A DNA stretch of 64,000 nucleotides from Balanoglossus misakiensis (taxonomy: Eukaryota; Animalia; Hemichordata). A program made the position numbers and the translations under genes. Positions 36,201 to 51,200 of the stretch are shown here, piece after piece (positions within the stretch are counted from its first letter, which is position 1; every line of letters starts with the position of its first letter). Location: positions 12,120,875-12,184,874 of the forward strand of contig CM082584.2 in assembly GCA_040954595.2 (NCBI GenBank), in the 5' to 3' direction. The notes under the pieces are model-generated. The model worked only from the letters and a program-made list of their open reading frames with translations, made no database searches and was not told where the DNA came from.

Positions 36201-39200
36201 CGGCTTGTTTCTTTATTCATGTTTGTGCATTAATTTCAAATATTTCCTTTGTTTCTTGCCATTCCATGGTTACAGTTCCACCTACCCAGTCATTTAGTTA
36301 GAAGATTGTCTAATTGAATGTATCAGACAGACTCTTCTCTACTCTTATCACCAGATAGACAGTCCATTATAAATATGTCTGGATTAATGATATGAATATC
36401 CAATCTCTCTGTAATGGAATATGGTTGGTGACAGCAATGCTAAGAGATGGAAATCTGTATCAGTTGACATTTGAACTCTTACTCTGTCAATTATTTATTT
36501 TTTTCACATGGGGAAAAGGAAGGTCGCCACTTCTGTCTGTCGTCATCCCCTGTGTCTTCAGGGAACAGTTTGATCAATTTCCAAGTTTTAAAATATCTGT
36601 GAGATGGTGTTGAAAAATGAAGGACAGAAGTGAAAGCTGATGAGGTGACAGTTTTCACACAGACAGTTTACTATTTTGTTAAGTTTGCTGTACAGTATGA
36701 ATCAGTGGGTGTAACCTGAAATTCAATTGGACTAAAACCATGCCAGGCATTGCAAAAGCTAGCTGAGAGATTCCTTGGCACGTGACAAGTTGACTATCGA
36801 CTTCATGTATCTATCACTTTCTTTTTACTGCACAGTTGAGTCCCAACAGCTAGATGTTTTTATGTCCACATTTACTCTGTACACAGTTCCGTCTAGTCCA
36901 TTCATAATATAACCACTGGCAATGGCGCCATTTGTTACGTTAAAAACTGCTGTCACTTCAGGCAAAAGACGATTTGCTGGCTACAGCCAATCCATCATTG
37001 TCCCTGTCAGCGTATCCCACTAGTATACTTCAATTGTGTTGCCACTGTTTGCGATCAATCTAAATTGTTCGCTGAGTTGGATGTTTCGCAGAGTGGCCAA
37101 GGAAGTCTCGCCCATGAGGATGGCATCTGTTTTGGAGGAGTTATCCTTTTCTGTGCGACAAGAAACAAAAAATTTCAGTGGCTTTGATGTTTTAGCTTTG
37201 CGGCAGTTGACATTTCCAGTGGATATCAGTGTATTTGAAGCTGACTCATAGCATACAATTTTCTGTTTAAAATTCATTTGCAAGGTTGGTGCACTGGAGA
37301 GGTTAATAACCAGCAAGACTGCATCAGATTGCATTTAAATTGAAAAATCCTCTTAAATATAGATGGTGGCAATGACACGGTATTATGAAACTATTGGTGT
37401 GGGTATGTGACTGTTCTATGGAGATTTGTCAGGCAGGCAGCAGTGACTGTGACAAGCATAGCTTGCATGCAGAGTGCATCTGGCTAAAAGACTAGTACAA
37501 GAAAAGTTTGCGGGACTGATAGAAATGATTACAGATCACAAGAATGGCTAGGAGTCAGCATTTTCAATTTCATGATGGCAAGCGCAGTCTTTGAACATTT
37601 TTCTCTCCAGTCAAACCCTGAGATAAAAAGTTGAAAAGTTCACTGCGCTCCCTCGATGGGAAAATGCCGCTATTGAACACCTTTACCAAGTGTCATGTTA
37701 TCCATTGTATCTTGGAAGCATAATTTGTGTGGGAGTAGTTCCAGAAATAGAACAAGCACTGTCTCAAGTGACACGTTATAATGTGAAAACTCATCTGGAA
37801 AATTCATAGACTTCAGGATTAATTTTCTTCGGCACGGAGTCATCCACGGAATATGAATAAGGCTGTTTTTATTCCTAGCTGCAAATGAAACATGAAGTCT
37901 GTGTGCTGTGAATACTAAGACGTCTTATGGCTTCTCCTGTTTGTTAGCTGTCAATAATATATATATCATTTCTGCATTTTTGGGCTGTTCACTTTCCGGG
38001 ACACCTTTTGCCTTAGTAACTGTCAGTATGCAAAACAGTTTTCCTTTCAATCTGAGAGTGATTTGGTACCATTACCATATGGTGCAGTTTCACAATACTA
38101 ATTTCCGGAAAAAGGCAGTGGTAGTAGAAGAGTGAATGTAATAAATTCTTTTATATACCGTCAGCCACTTATGGGATCACTCAGTCTCTGTGGTTTGGAC
38201 GTATACATGTATGCATATGAAGGTACATGTGTGTGCGTGCGTGCGTGAGTGCATGTGCGTGTGTTCTGCATTGTCACAGGAACGTTCTCTGTCAGACTTA
38301 TCTATCCATTATCTCACAAATGCCAAGGTGCACTTGTGGAGCAAGTTCATGTTGGAAATTAATGGGTATGAGATCAAATGACTGATAAATTACGGGTATA
38401 TGGCACACTTGACAATAAACCAGTTCTAATCAAATGGGAGGACAGAGTCCTTGATGCTGTGTTTTTCAAAGGGGCTTAACAAAAAGCATCAGAAATTTCA
38501 ATGTGCAATATGGTCTTAACTTACCTATCTTTTCAATCAGTCTCAACAAACAAAGAATCTTCCCCATTTCAATGTACAATATGGTTTTAATCGGCCCTTT
38601 TCAACTGTCACTTTTTCATGACATCTTTTCTTACCAGCTAATGCTGCTTCATCATTTTTATAAATAACCCACACAGGATGGAAATTGATGATTGTAGTCC
38701 AAATTAGAGTTAATATTTTAATATATGTATTTTTTAGGATAAAAGGCCATAGGCCCTTCGATACAAAAGGGCTGTATGAGATACATAACAATGCAACTTA
38801 CCCTTGACTTTGTGTTTGCGTTACAGTATCACTTACATACCGGGAGAAGAAGCAACTAAGTACCTGGAAAATCCGGAAGCGTACACGCCACGGAAGGAAC
38901 CGGAAGTTGAGGAGACTCCTCCTATAGAACCACCGTCTCAACAGCTTGTTTTTTCTGAATTGCCAATTGTTGCTACATCAGTGACTGTAGAACAGTGAGT
39001 ATGAATTGAAATTGTTCGTCGTTTTGACTGCGTCATTCATGAAAATCCCTGCCAGTGAACGTTGCCACGTTTGCTTGAAGATGATTATCAATGAACACAG
39101 GTTTTTGAGTGACATGTAACAATTCTGATTGGTCCCAAGGAAGCTCCAACATTTACGCAGCTTGTATTGGTAAAAGAAGTGTAATTTAGAGGGAGTGAGA

Positions 39201-42200
39201 GCAAAGAATGGGATGATATCTTGTGAAAGAAAAGTGCACACAGGTGATGCTAGTGGGACCTAAAGTGATAAAAGCAAAAGCCATCCAGCTATGCCAGTTC
39301 TCATCTGTAGTTTACATGTTGACCTTTCCTGAAATGATAATTTATCATACATTTCTGTTGTTTTGCTGTCAAACAGACAATCTAGCTGTGCCCTTTTGAG
39401 AGCTGTTTCTTAACTACATTCAGGCAGTCAGACACCCTCTGGGGTATAAGTATAATTTCATGTGTGTGTTCGTTCCTTAATTGCTAGAACTGAGACTGCC
39501 CCGGCTCTAGACCGCGACTATGAAGCCCAAGACACTGTAGGAGAGATCATAGCAGAGCCTCTGATCATGACAGCTATGGTGAAGACATCCAGGACCCCGC
39601 CTCCAGTGCCCAAGAAACCACAAACCAGGACTCTATATTCGGACGGATCACCTAGTGTCTCTACAGCCAGATGGGAACCTGTTCGGACTGTGGAGCTGAC
39701 CAGGGTGCCTAATAAAAGTCTGGGAATTAGTATTGTTGGAGGTAAGGTTGCTTGAAATTTGTTAACGCTTAACTTGGACTCCTCAAATCCAGTTATAGCA
39801 GTAGAATGCACCCACATGTAAAAAACCTTGCCATTCATAGTTGAAACGCCACTTTTGTGAGACTAGATTGATTGCCCAATCACTCGCAATCAACTTTTTT
39901 TCCTTCTGTCCAATTCCCAAAGAAGGACTCGTCTGAACATCTGAAGGGCTTCAATAACGAAGACGTAATTACTGCTTGCATCGTGTCTACCACTAATCAC
40001 TGTGCTGAGGTCCATTCCCCGAACACTGTCAGATTGTAATTAATAGTACCTATAATGTGCAATGGGTGACAATGCATGTGAATTATTTATGAATTAATCA
40101 AAGAGAACCCATCAGTGGACAAGTCATCAAAGCCATCAAATATAAAATGTACGAAAATAGCTGTGTGCTTCTGTAGTTGTTTCTTTTTGGTGTCAGGTGA
40201 AAGTGTCATGGAATTAATCAGTGGTCAACTCAACGTGCAAGTCGGCAGAGTTGACAGAATACAAAATCTAAAATAGTTTGACCCGGTGGCTTTGTGAAAT
40301 AGATAATCTTTGCGTGATCACTTTGAAGTCTTTGCCGTTGGTTTTAATGGAAATGTGTGATGCTTCTTTACTGCATTCTTGTTTTGCTAAACTAGAGTGG
40401 TGAGCCACTTTTTTTCTCCATAATTGCGAATTCTTTGTAAGTCCCGAGCAGTGAAATGTGAACCAAGACATTAATTATGGAATAGTTTCACATTTCAACA
40501 CAATCAACTCGATATCCGTAACAAGATTTTACTCGCTGCATGATTTCAAGATGTACACACCTTGAATTTAAATCTCACACTGTTGCACTCTCTCTCTGTA
40601 CACTCACTGGCTTTTTTCACTCTCACAATTTTACCCTTTCACAACTCATGGTTTTCTACAGTAAGGTTGGACCCTGGCATTTGTCATGTGCATGACAGCC
40701 AAATCGGTCCAACTTTTTGTTGCATAAGGTAGTCACGTCAACACTATAAATTGAGGAATTTCCAGATGTTAAATTGAGGAATTTCCAGTGCGGAAAAAGG
40801 TCAGAAAAGATGAGATGGGAATGTAGTTATCAGTATTTCATGGAGCAATCAGAGAGGAACAGGAGAAGAATGCGTGTAAGCTATAATATGTCATCTCAGT
40901 TGGAGATGGAATAGCCCTGGTCTGAGACATTATCAGATTGGCGTTTCCAATATCGTGCAAAACAAAAACTCGTAGCAATTTGATGGGCTTTGGTTTATTT
41001 TTAGCTCTCTTTGCTTTCTGTTTTATATATTTTTCATCAGCAGCCTATAACTGTTTTTGATGTGAAATATCAGACATGAGTTTCACCAGTAATGTTGGAA
41101 ACTTGACGTGTGTAGTTTTATCAGAAACAAATCTCTCGTTCCAGTGTTTCTGGAATATCATGTTTGACCAGCGAAAACGTGTTTCCTTGACGAAACAACT
41201 ATCGAGAAATCTTTGTCCAATCCACCAGTATCAATCTTTGGATGTAGAGTATCATGTAACAGCCAAAGCATGGATAATTATCATGATTTGTAATTTGAGC
41301 GTACAGGGAGAGGAAGAATGCACAAGTTTCACATTTGTAGTTCTACTATAGTATCATTGATGACAACATAGAGCTTATCAGATAGACTGATTGTCGACAT
41401 ATGTTTTTTTTTCAGGTCGAACTGGCGAGGGTCCCATTGCACATGGCATCTTCATCAAACACGTCTTGGAAGACAGTCCTGCTGGCCGAAATGGAACCTT
41501 GAAAACTGGAGACAGAATACTGGAGGTCAGTGTTTGGTCATGTTTCAATGCTTCTTGCTTGAAGTTTTGTCTTTAAACATAAAGTCACAGTTGCTTACAG
41601 TGGAACTGTCTGTGATTCACCACTGTTTTCATGCAATCTGAGAAGCTGCTGTTTTCTCTCTCGCACAGAAGTTATTTTCACTCATAGTTCAGAGTCTTGA
41701 GAGTTCACAGAGTTCTCTCATATAACTGCATGCCTGTGTTTTGGTTTCATTTTTTCTCCCAGGTGAATGGACATGACCTGAGAACGGCCACTCATGACCA
41801 AGCTGTTGAGGTCATTCGCAAAGCTACAAGTCCAGTCACCTTTCTCATACAAAGCCTGGCCCCAAGTGCATGTGTAAGTTAAACACCAAAAACCCCCAAC
41901 ATTTTGATCATCAATTTATTTTACAATTTTTGTACAACAGTGGTTCACTCTGCTGCAGTTGTATATCATTCAGTGTTCGCTGAGATTACAATGACAGAAG
42001 CAAAACAAATATGTTGAAAAAGAAAAGTCAAAATGAAGGATGACTGATACACTGTAAGTTGTTAAACGACCGTTAATTTGTGCCAAAAAAAATTTCTGCC
42101 ATTACGAAAGTGCCAATTTTGTTATAATGGACTATTGATTTCTAACTCTCGTATACCTAATCCACTCAAATCAAAACTTACTGTTTTAAATTCTAGAAAT

Positions 42201-45200
42201 TAACTTGGTCTCTGTGTTATTTAATGAGCATCATCATTATCAAAATATGTTCGTCTTCGTGTTCTACAATAATGTGTACATGGAAAATGACATAAAAACA
42301 AAAAATGGCTGGTTTGCGCTAGAGAGGGCAGCATACTGATACTGTCAAACTTTTCATTCGCATTATATTCTGAAATACACTTTGTTGAATTATTTTATTA
42401 ATGTCTACCAAATATCTTTGTATTGAACGATGGAATGGGGCTTTGAAGAGATCTTGCAAATTTCTTGAGAGAGCAAACCACACTTAGATATATGTATATC
42501 TGTGTGAAGGGTTTATACACTATCCATCTGTCACTGTGGGCTTTTTGAATTCATGATATTGGGTTGCCTGCTATCATTTCTACCCACCCCAATGACATTG
42601 TTAATATGGACAAGGCTTGTCACTTTTCAGTCACTTAACACGTTCATCTCATTTTGATGTCAATTTCTTGCTTGCGTTGTTTTTTTCACACCTGTTCGTA
42701 TTTCACCACTAAAGCAGGCATAGCATAGCATAGCATAGCACAGCATCCAACGCCATTGATAAACGGGAATAGCTTTTGTTGGAACGAAGTTCATTCATTT
42801 GCGTGGGCCTTGGAAGATATTTCTCATAGCGTCTAAACTTCACTGTCATTCAGATAGGATCTATTGGTTAATTGATTGAATCATTGATATCTGATTGTCA
42901 AGAAACGATGCAAATCAATCAATCAATCAATCAATCAGTCAGTCATTCCTTGTTGGCAATGTATAAGTTCTATCAAAAGAAAACATCCAGTATTAAGTCC
43001 TCAAAACAAATTTTGCCCAGCAGATGAATGAACTTTGTTCCCAGGGCTTTTAAAATTATCATAAACTCTGAGATTATGGAATAGACTTGTGTTTAATTGC
43101 ATGTGTAAAGTGTCCCTAATCTGTGCAGATTTTAAAGGTAACTTTGTGCCTCCAGAGGGCAGTATCGACACTCATTGAGCAGTGCGTATGCACTCAATAA
43201 TCCTCTCTCTGCATGTGTGTGGAAGTATTTTGTTGTGAATTCAACTATCACTCACTAACTGCTCTGTTTCAAGACGTGATTCACTCAGTTCTAACTGATT
43301 TTAATAGAAAAGGTTGACTCACCACTGGTTGTAAGAGTTTCACCGTCATTTTAATCTACCCGTACCCCACCCTACAATTTTTACCCCTACCCCCTTGCTA
43401 ACGACATGTAAAATCACACCCACCATTGGGGAGAAAAAAAACAAAGCTTGGAGTGGCTTTTATGACTTTTGAAATAAAAAATTATCAGTATGTAATTTAG
43501 GTTATTGGTTTTATCAGCTGTAGAGATCAGGTTGTGCAGTGTTAAAAAGCTTTGTGGTAAACTTTGTTGCAAGTAAAGAACATCTGAGAGCTGCTTAACG
43601 ATATGTGTAAAATGCGATATGCACACATGCTTTTAAATCGTAGTGCCTGTTTTCTGTTTATTTTCACACTTATGTAGCTATAGGCCTCATTTATGTATGT
43701 TTTATTTTATTTCTGTATTATATAAAAAGCATATTCTTACCTGATACTGGTAGTGTTACTTTTTTTTTCTTTATTAGCATTTCTTCACTTTTCAATTTTT
43801 TTTTTCACTTCACTGACTTTGCAGCAGTCTGTTTCCCCTCTTGGTGTTGTTGCTGTGACTTTTTTAGTATTCTCATTTTTATTCTTAAACATTTTGCACC
43901 CTAGTTTTCTTCAGTTTTATCTTCATTGACAAGGTTTAACAAATTCAGCCCATCAAAACTGATATTCCGATTTCAATATCCTTACTTGTCTTCTCCTATT
44001 ACCAGAGCGCCATCATGGCCACGTCTGATAAATTCCTTCGTTTGTGAGCGATTGTGGTACTCGTACTCGGGCAAAATCTTCACATTGGAAATCAAAGATC
44101 AGTGCGAGTGATGGCGCAATTGCTAATTTTTAACAGTCTCTTTTGAAATACTCATAAAACGATCCCGTTGTCATTGTTTTGGTCTAGTTTCCAAATTACA
44201 TGTGATTCCAATTTGTTAACCAGAGGGGATGCTGTCTGCTTGTGTCTGACAACTTTCAATCATAAACTCCATTGATTCAGACTGTTTCCATGGTGTTGTA
44301 TATCTTTCCACCGGTTTCACATGTCAATAAAATTTCACCCATTTCATGTCAACTTCTAGTCCTGTCTGCTGTTTTATTTTTATTCTCTCAGCTTTTGAAT
44401 TCAGACTACTCTCTTGTTCGGTTCTAATATTGTCTAGCTGCAGAGTTTACCAAAATTGCACCAATCTCCTTTGTCCTCAGTTTTTAAACTAATTAATTCT
44501 ACATAAATTTAAATCGCAGAACGGTAGTGCTACAGGACTTTCACTAATTTAATAGATATGTTGTTCTTCGGAAAATTGACCCAATTTTCTACTTGGCTAA
44601 AGTCAACAGGCAATTTGGTCAATATAATTACTAAAGACAATCAGTTTCTAGTGCTGTATGTGTGACCAATGCCAAAGTTCTGTGCTAAAGTCTGTCTGAT
44701 CACAGCATTTGGTTTCGAAACTTTATCACAAGACGAGTTGGATAGATGGTGAATGATAATAAGATTGTAGCACTGGGTATGGTGTGTAAGTGAAACATGA
44801 CAGTCTGGTATAAAAGCTGGATGCTGTGCCCTGCTATGCTGCCTGCATCATTCAACTATGACTTTTTCACCTCTTGATGACTTCTGTCTTCATAATTGTA
44901 AGTTTTCCGCTATTCTTTTTGCATTATTGCTTCAATGAACATTTTGTCTAGTCACCTTGGCTCAGTATCCGCAAAAGCAATTGCAATGATGGTGCATGAT
45001 TGTCCAAAACATCATTAATGCCCCATACACATGGGCGGCCAATGGTCAATACCCCACGCCCCTTCTCCAACTGTTTCTGATGTGTGTTGCATACACAGCC
45101 TGATGATCTGGATCTTGGGCGACAAAGCGAAGACATACAGATATTCAGTGCAACCATAGCAACCGTACAGAGTGCATCTGTGTCTGAAGAACCTGTTTGG

Positions 45201-48200
45201 GTTACAGAAAATATCCAGGTTTGTAGGATGATAATACTAATTCTAATTTCCTCATTTACAACAACTTTTGCACTTTCCCATGTCAGTCAAACATTGTAGC
45301 TTTTCGGAGGATTTTAGTTATCTGTTTATTTTTATTTCTCAGGACCAGCAAGATGATGATGCAGACATAGAGTTAAAGGAGGAAGAGGAGGAGTTGGATG
45401 ATGAGGTAATGGAAGCAAACACGACAAGTCATTCCTCTGAGAGTGAAGAGTCTGGTGATGAGTTTGGCTACAGCTGGGGTAAGTTGCATTTAGATTAATA
45501 TGGTGGTCCTACCAAGACAGAGTTGTGAATGCAAGAGTTTTTTGCTGTATTACTCAACTTACTGGTGCATGTTTTTAACTGGGAATGAATGTGTTATTGA
45601 TTTAACTCTTTGCAAAAGTACCCTTCCATGATCAAAGTGTATTAGCATGTACTAGTACATGTATATTGCAGTATACGGTAAGTGCTGGTATTACTTACAC
45701 CTGTAGTGTCATAGGCTACATCACAAAATCATCTAAAAAATCTGCTCCTACAGCAGTTTTGTTTAGTTCCCTGTGCATGTCCACAACAGCAGAGGACATA
45801 TCGTGAATTCAGCTGGCATATGGTGTAGTCAAGCACACCTGATGTGTATAATACTCTGTGGCAGCATCTGCATACGACTTCCAGTGCTGTTTGTGTTGTT
45901 TCCCCGATGAAGCTGTGCCAGTAGATTTCTCAGGATCCAACAGATGAGTCTATCCAGGATACAGACAGCACGTAGCAGTCACTTTGTCTACATAGCATAT
46001 GCCACATGGCTACAGCCTCCTTTGCTTGTACGTGTGATCTCGCCATGTGCTGCAGCCCTGGCGGTTATTTCGTTGTTATTGATTGAAGAGGGGAAGTTTT
46101 TTTAATGCGGAGACAGGTTAACATGCTGTTCTCTGATGAATACAAATGTGGCTGAATTCTGTTTGAGGGCATCGATAGGTTGGCCCAAATATGTCAAGAA
46201 TAATTGGAGAAAGTTGAGGATGGCGAAACTTGAGCACAGACCATAGCTTGGCAAAAGAGCATATTCAATCCAGAATATTTACCGCGCATTACTGCCAAGA
46301 GTGCAGTAAACCTGAAGTGCCTTGTATGCTTAAAAAAGTTGAACCATTGTTGAACAAATAGAACTGTTTGATTGCCCAACACACTCCTGTCAACATAATC
46401 GATACGTAACGTTAGACAGTGTGGGCTATATCAGACATGCAACCATTGTACCGGGCCTTTAGCAAAGTAAGCAAATTGTATAGCTGTATTGTAGGGATTT
46501 ATCTAATGGATGTTTGTGCATCATGTACACGCGAGGTGGGTAGACTATATTCTAGGTTATCTTCTCTCACAAGCAAATCATGGGACTACTTGCCAAGAGG
46601 ACATTATACAACCACTGCATACAGATTACATGCACACTGTGAATCCGCTAGTTGCATGCTCTCATGTCTTCCATATGCACTGCCTGGCATGGATGTTTGT
46701 TGTCAGTGTTGGTTCAGTGTAGATGCCTTTATTTGATGACAGCTGGAAAGTGATACATTTTGTACCTACTTGGCTGTATCAAGTTCTATACTTGCAAATA
46801 CAACTGAATCAAAATCTGTTTTTCGTCATCGCTTAATCAGAAAGCTACGCAAATCTCCATATACATGTAGTATCTATTACAAATAGCATAATTTTTGTCA
46901 TTCATAATCCATCAAAGTATTTTAATAAGCAGTGGGGTACAGCACACTTTATATTCTGCGTTTTCAGCACATCACCCAGTCACTTTTTCTCACTGGCCCT
47001 GAAAAAATCCAAATACCATTCTATTGAAGTGAGCATATTTACACGTCTGTCAAAAGTTTTGCATTAACTTGTCTAAATATTTAATCACAGATGCAGTGTT
47101 GCTGGTTGTAAATATCAGGAGGGTATATGGGATCTAATCAATCTCATGAATGTTATATTACAGTTCAATATCGAATGCAATGATTTCGTGTGAACTGTGG
47201 GCGATTTATACACATACACAGTAAAGACCTAATCCGGTGCCCACATAAACTAGACATATAAAAACAAATGTGTGCTTTAGTTTCAATGTGCAAAGATGTT
47301 CCAATGGGAATATTGATCTCGCCCGGACTGACCTTAAGTTTACTAGGTTAAGTTTATGTAATGCATATTATGAACAGGAAATGTACAGATTTAGTGAATG
47401 TCTAGACTTAAAATATACAGATGGGCAGATGAACATTTTAATACTGTAACACCATTCTACAGATATGTAAATACAGAAGACACCCATCAGGATGTTGGGA
47501 TTGTACTCAAAAGTACACATCGTTCTGAGGCAACTAGACTTATGTCAACACTTTACTCAAAAATACCGATAAAAATTGTCAGAGCATATATACAGAGAGA
47601 CACATGTTTACAGGCAAATTCATAACTGCTGGTAGTGTACTGTAGAAAGGTTTACTGTATGTAAAACATGATTCCTGACTGGGTAGAATCACTTACAACA
47701 GTTCATGCGTGGGATCATGCAAATTTCACATACCACGCATAATGACAAACCAGATCAAAATACATGACTAGACAGTTGAGTTTAATTTATTTGTTGTTTT
47801 AACAACTGTATACCAGCAATTAAATGTTTGGCTGAGACACTTGCATGTACTTTGTAAATTGTAACATGACTTGGTGAAAAGAGTTTCGCACAATTGTAAA
47901 TTTGTGATGAGAATGATGAACCATCATGGTGAACAAAAAGAGGAAGTTCAGTTGTTTGGCTTCTTTGCTGTCTGTTTAGTTGGGCTTGTCTGCCCAGATT
48001 ATGATGATCACTTCAAGTGATTGGTTAAAACATTACGACACCATGCCATGTAGGTCAATACCCTATCACCTGACAGTTGTGTATATTAAAGAACCATGTG
48101 TGAAGTTTCCGCTTATTTCACTCCCACTCAGTTTGGCTTCACTGTCTCTCTGGGGAAGGTTGCATAACTGTAGGTCTCCGCTGGTCCTTTTCTGTAATCT

Positions 48201-51200
48201 TTACAGCCCCACCATCATTGCACCAGCAGGTTTATACTCCGCACCCGTGCAGCAATTCAGGCTGTGTGTTGTTGAGAGGCTGCCTGTGTATATGAGTGAC
48301 TCCAGGATATATACTATGGGAGAGATCAGTGGCATGCATGAAGTCCAGGAATGGGAAATGTAGCTGTGTGATTTGATCCAACGACTTCCACACACGTACG
48401 GCAGTCATGAACTCTGCATATGCTGAGTATTGGAGCAATCGAAATGCCTTTATGGGTAAGAGAGTCAGAGAGGAACACAGAAAGAGAGAGAGGGGAGAGA
48501 GAGACAGACAGACAGACACAGTGAGAGAGAGAGAGAGAGAGGGTGAGAGAAAGAGAAAGGAGAGAGAGAGATACTACTGTTACACTTAATTTGCAGATAT
48601 TTGTAAATGTGGTAACCATATGTACATACTGCCCAAGTAGTTGTGAAGTGTTAAAAGTTGAGCATCGATCTTCATGTCAACATCCGGTCATTTGTCAGTG
48701 TACCGATACATCAGAACAACTGCCACAGTTTGTTCAATCTATAAAGGTTACCTCAGTGGACAGAGAGAGTAATCTAGGTGTACTGCTCTGATATACCTCA
48801 CATGCTGATTTCAATCACTGTTGTGTGTTTTGATATCGTAATGAGAAATGAATTCCTGTCTGAGGTACTCCATTCACACCATGTACAGAATCAATGGAGC
48901 AAACATATCCATCCATGGTGAATTATTTTATAGCCAGCCATCGCTGAAAGATGGCCAAGCTGTATATCATTTGTAGATACCGAATATGTGAACCTTGAGT
49001 TCATGTTAATCCAGGCCTTGATTTACTCCCAGGAAAATTGGAAAATTTAATTACCCAAGGACTGAAAGTATGTTTATGTCCCTTGGTACATATCGGATTT
49101 GGTCTGTTTGGGATTAACCAGGCTTTAACTACAATGTTATCGTCTTCTTGACAAAATGTCAGCTCCTGTTGTTGGTCTCAATTGCTGCAGCATCATTTGC
49201 GTGGTGTACACTATCTGGTGTCATTGATTCTAGTGCAACATGTCTGATATGTAGTATCTTGGGCTGGAATGCTTAGAATTCCAGACTTGCAATGCACACA
49301 ACTTTCCTTAGTCGTAAGTTTAACATGTTTTGCCATGTATCTGTCGTATGCAGTTGATTGAAACCCTCAGTTAGCAGACTTCCTGCCATTTCCCAGCTAA
49401 TTTTTCATAGTGAGGAATGAATTCTTGTTTCAATTACTCTCCGGCAAATGACATTTATTCAGTCACCTGAATGATACCATTTATCCCCTGCTCTGTAGTT
49501 GACGCAGGATGCAGATTATTTACGAGCGAATTTGTCTTATTTATTGTGGTAGGGTCATTGGGGCGATTTATTGCTATTGAAATTTTGGTTTGAACTGTCA
49601 GCCGCTTCAACAGTTCTGATTGTCTAGCTTTCACTTTTGATATACATTTTACGCTTTCTTGTGATGTGTAATTATGCCTGATCTCCATGGAAACCCGTCT
49701 GTAGTTTCCTATATCACACTTTTCAAGCCCTCTTCTTTATTATAGACCAAGCCATAAAACAAAACTCTTCAGTAATATCATAGCTGTCTCTGCTGTACTT
49801 TTATCACTGGTGCCTGCAGTAACAAGAGAATGTGCTCAAGGGCCCACCTATATTGATTTCATGCTTTATAGGAAGTTCAGATGTATACCGAAACTTTCTG
49901 TATCAATGCTCGCATGAAGTCATAATCTTTTTACATCAGCTGCCAAGAAAAGTTCAACCATAAATCATTATATGTAATCAAACACTATATTCCACTGTAA
50001 AAGGGAATTATGGGTACTCTATTTACTTGAACATATGCCAGGCTCTTGTGTACACTCAAAGGATGTGTGTACTCAAGATCCCAGTCATCTTCAAGTGGTA
50101 CATTTATACATTTATACATCAGTACCGCAGAAATCTCTCATTGTACTGACACGACGCTGAACTCTCAGCTAGAGATATGAAGCAGTTCTTATATGATTTG
50201 CCCAGGTTGTCAAAGAGCCGTCAAAGAGTTTGGAAAAATTCGCACTATGGGGAAAATGTCAGATTCTAGCATTAATAGCCTGTCTTTCCAATTCCAATCA
50301 TCCTATCGAATTAATTACTTCAAAATGAAAGTTGAAATGAGAAATTGTTTCACATTCATCTACAGTGTCTTCAATACTTGTTATTACTGCGAAAATTTAA
50401 TTACCTTTTTGTGTGAGATGTGTGTTTATGCATTGTGGTGAGTATATAATACATTTCTGTGTTATATCAACAGTTTGCAAATTGAAAGAATAAATTACAT
50501 TTCTTCTGATGTTGTTACTGTAACATTTCCTGTCAAATGAAACAGCTGACAATAGAAATGTTGGCCGTCATCATGTCTTAAATAATGATTTTTGATGAAT
50601 AATATGTAGTATCAATTGATGCTATTTCATTAGATGGAAATCCAGTGTTATTTTTCTCTTAGGGCTGATCTGCAGTGCATTTCTCAAAAGACATCTGCAT
50701 AAAATTGACTAAACTGTTACAAATTGAACTAATGTCCAGCTGTTTCGAAGCGTGTGTATGGGTAAACGCCTATCTTATCACAGCTTGCAAGCGCTGAAAC
50801 TAAATTGTCCTAGTTCATGTCCACACAGCGACGCATGGAAATTTCTGCTCTAATTTCCTCTGTTATGAAACAAAATTTTCTTTGCCCTGTTTCACAGTGA
50901 CACCCTGCTAAGTGCTATGAATGCGATGCTCGTTGTTTCTGATGGTGAAACTTAAAATGAGCGAATGTACTGATAACGATTTCAAATGTCCAGGTCCACT
51001 GCATTCACACACCATGGTCAGTAATTGGATTGAATCATGTTGTGAATGTTGATGGGGTGAGGTTTGAAAACTTCTGTGCATGGTTTATCCTTGGCTGCAG
51101 AAAATTTATTTTTTCCGACACAAATCTATGCAAATTTATTCATTTGTACTGCAAATACCACCAAGTAACACTGGAACTCGGCAAAACATGTGGATTAGAT

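Noticed and set aside
40662-40728. Exon-like 67 nt segment (CTACAG|...AAG|GTAG) inside the PDZ7 intron
   Set aside because: Not a multiple of three, so inclusion would frameshift. It could be a poison exon, but there is no support from sequence alone.
47219-47659. Possible CAGTAAA...TTTACTG MITE
   Set aside because: Only about 7 bp of inverted match and no clear TA duplication on the left.
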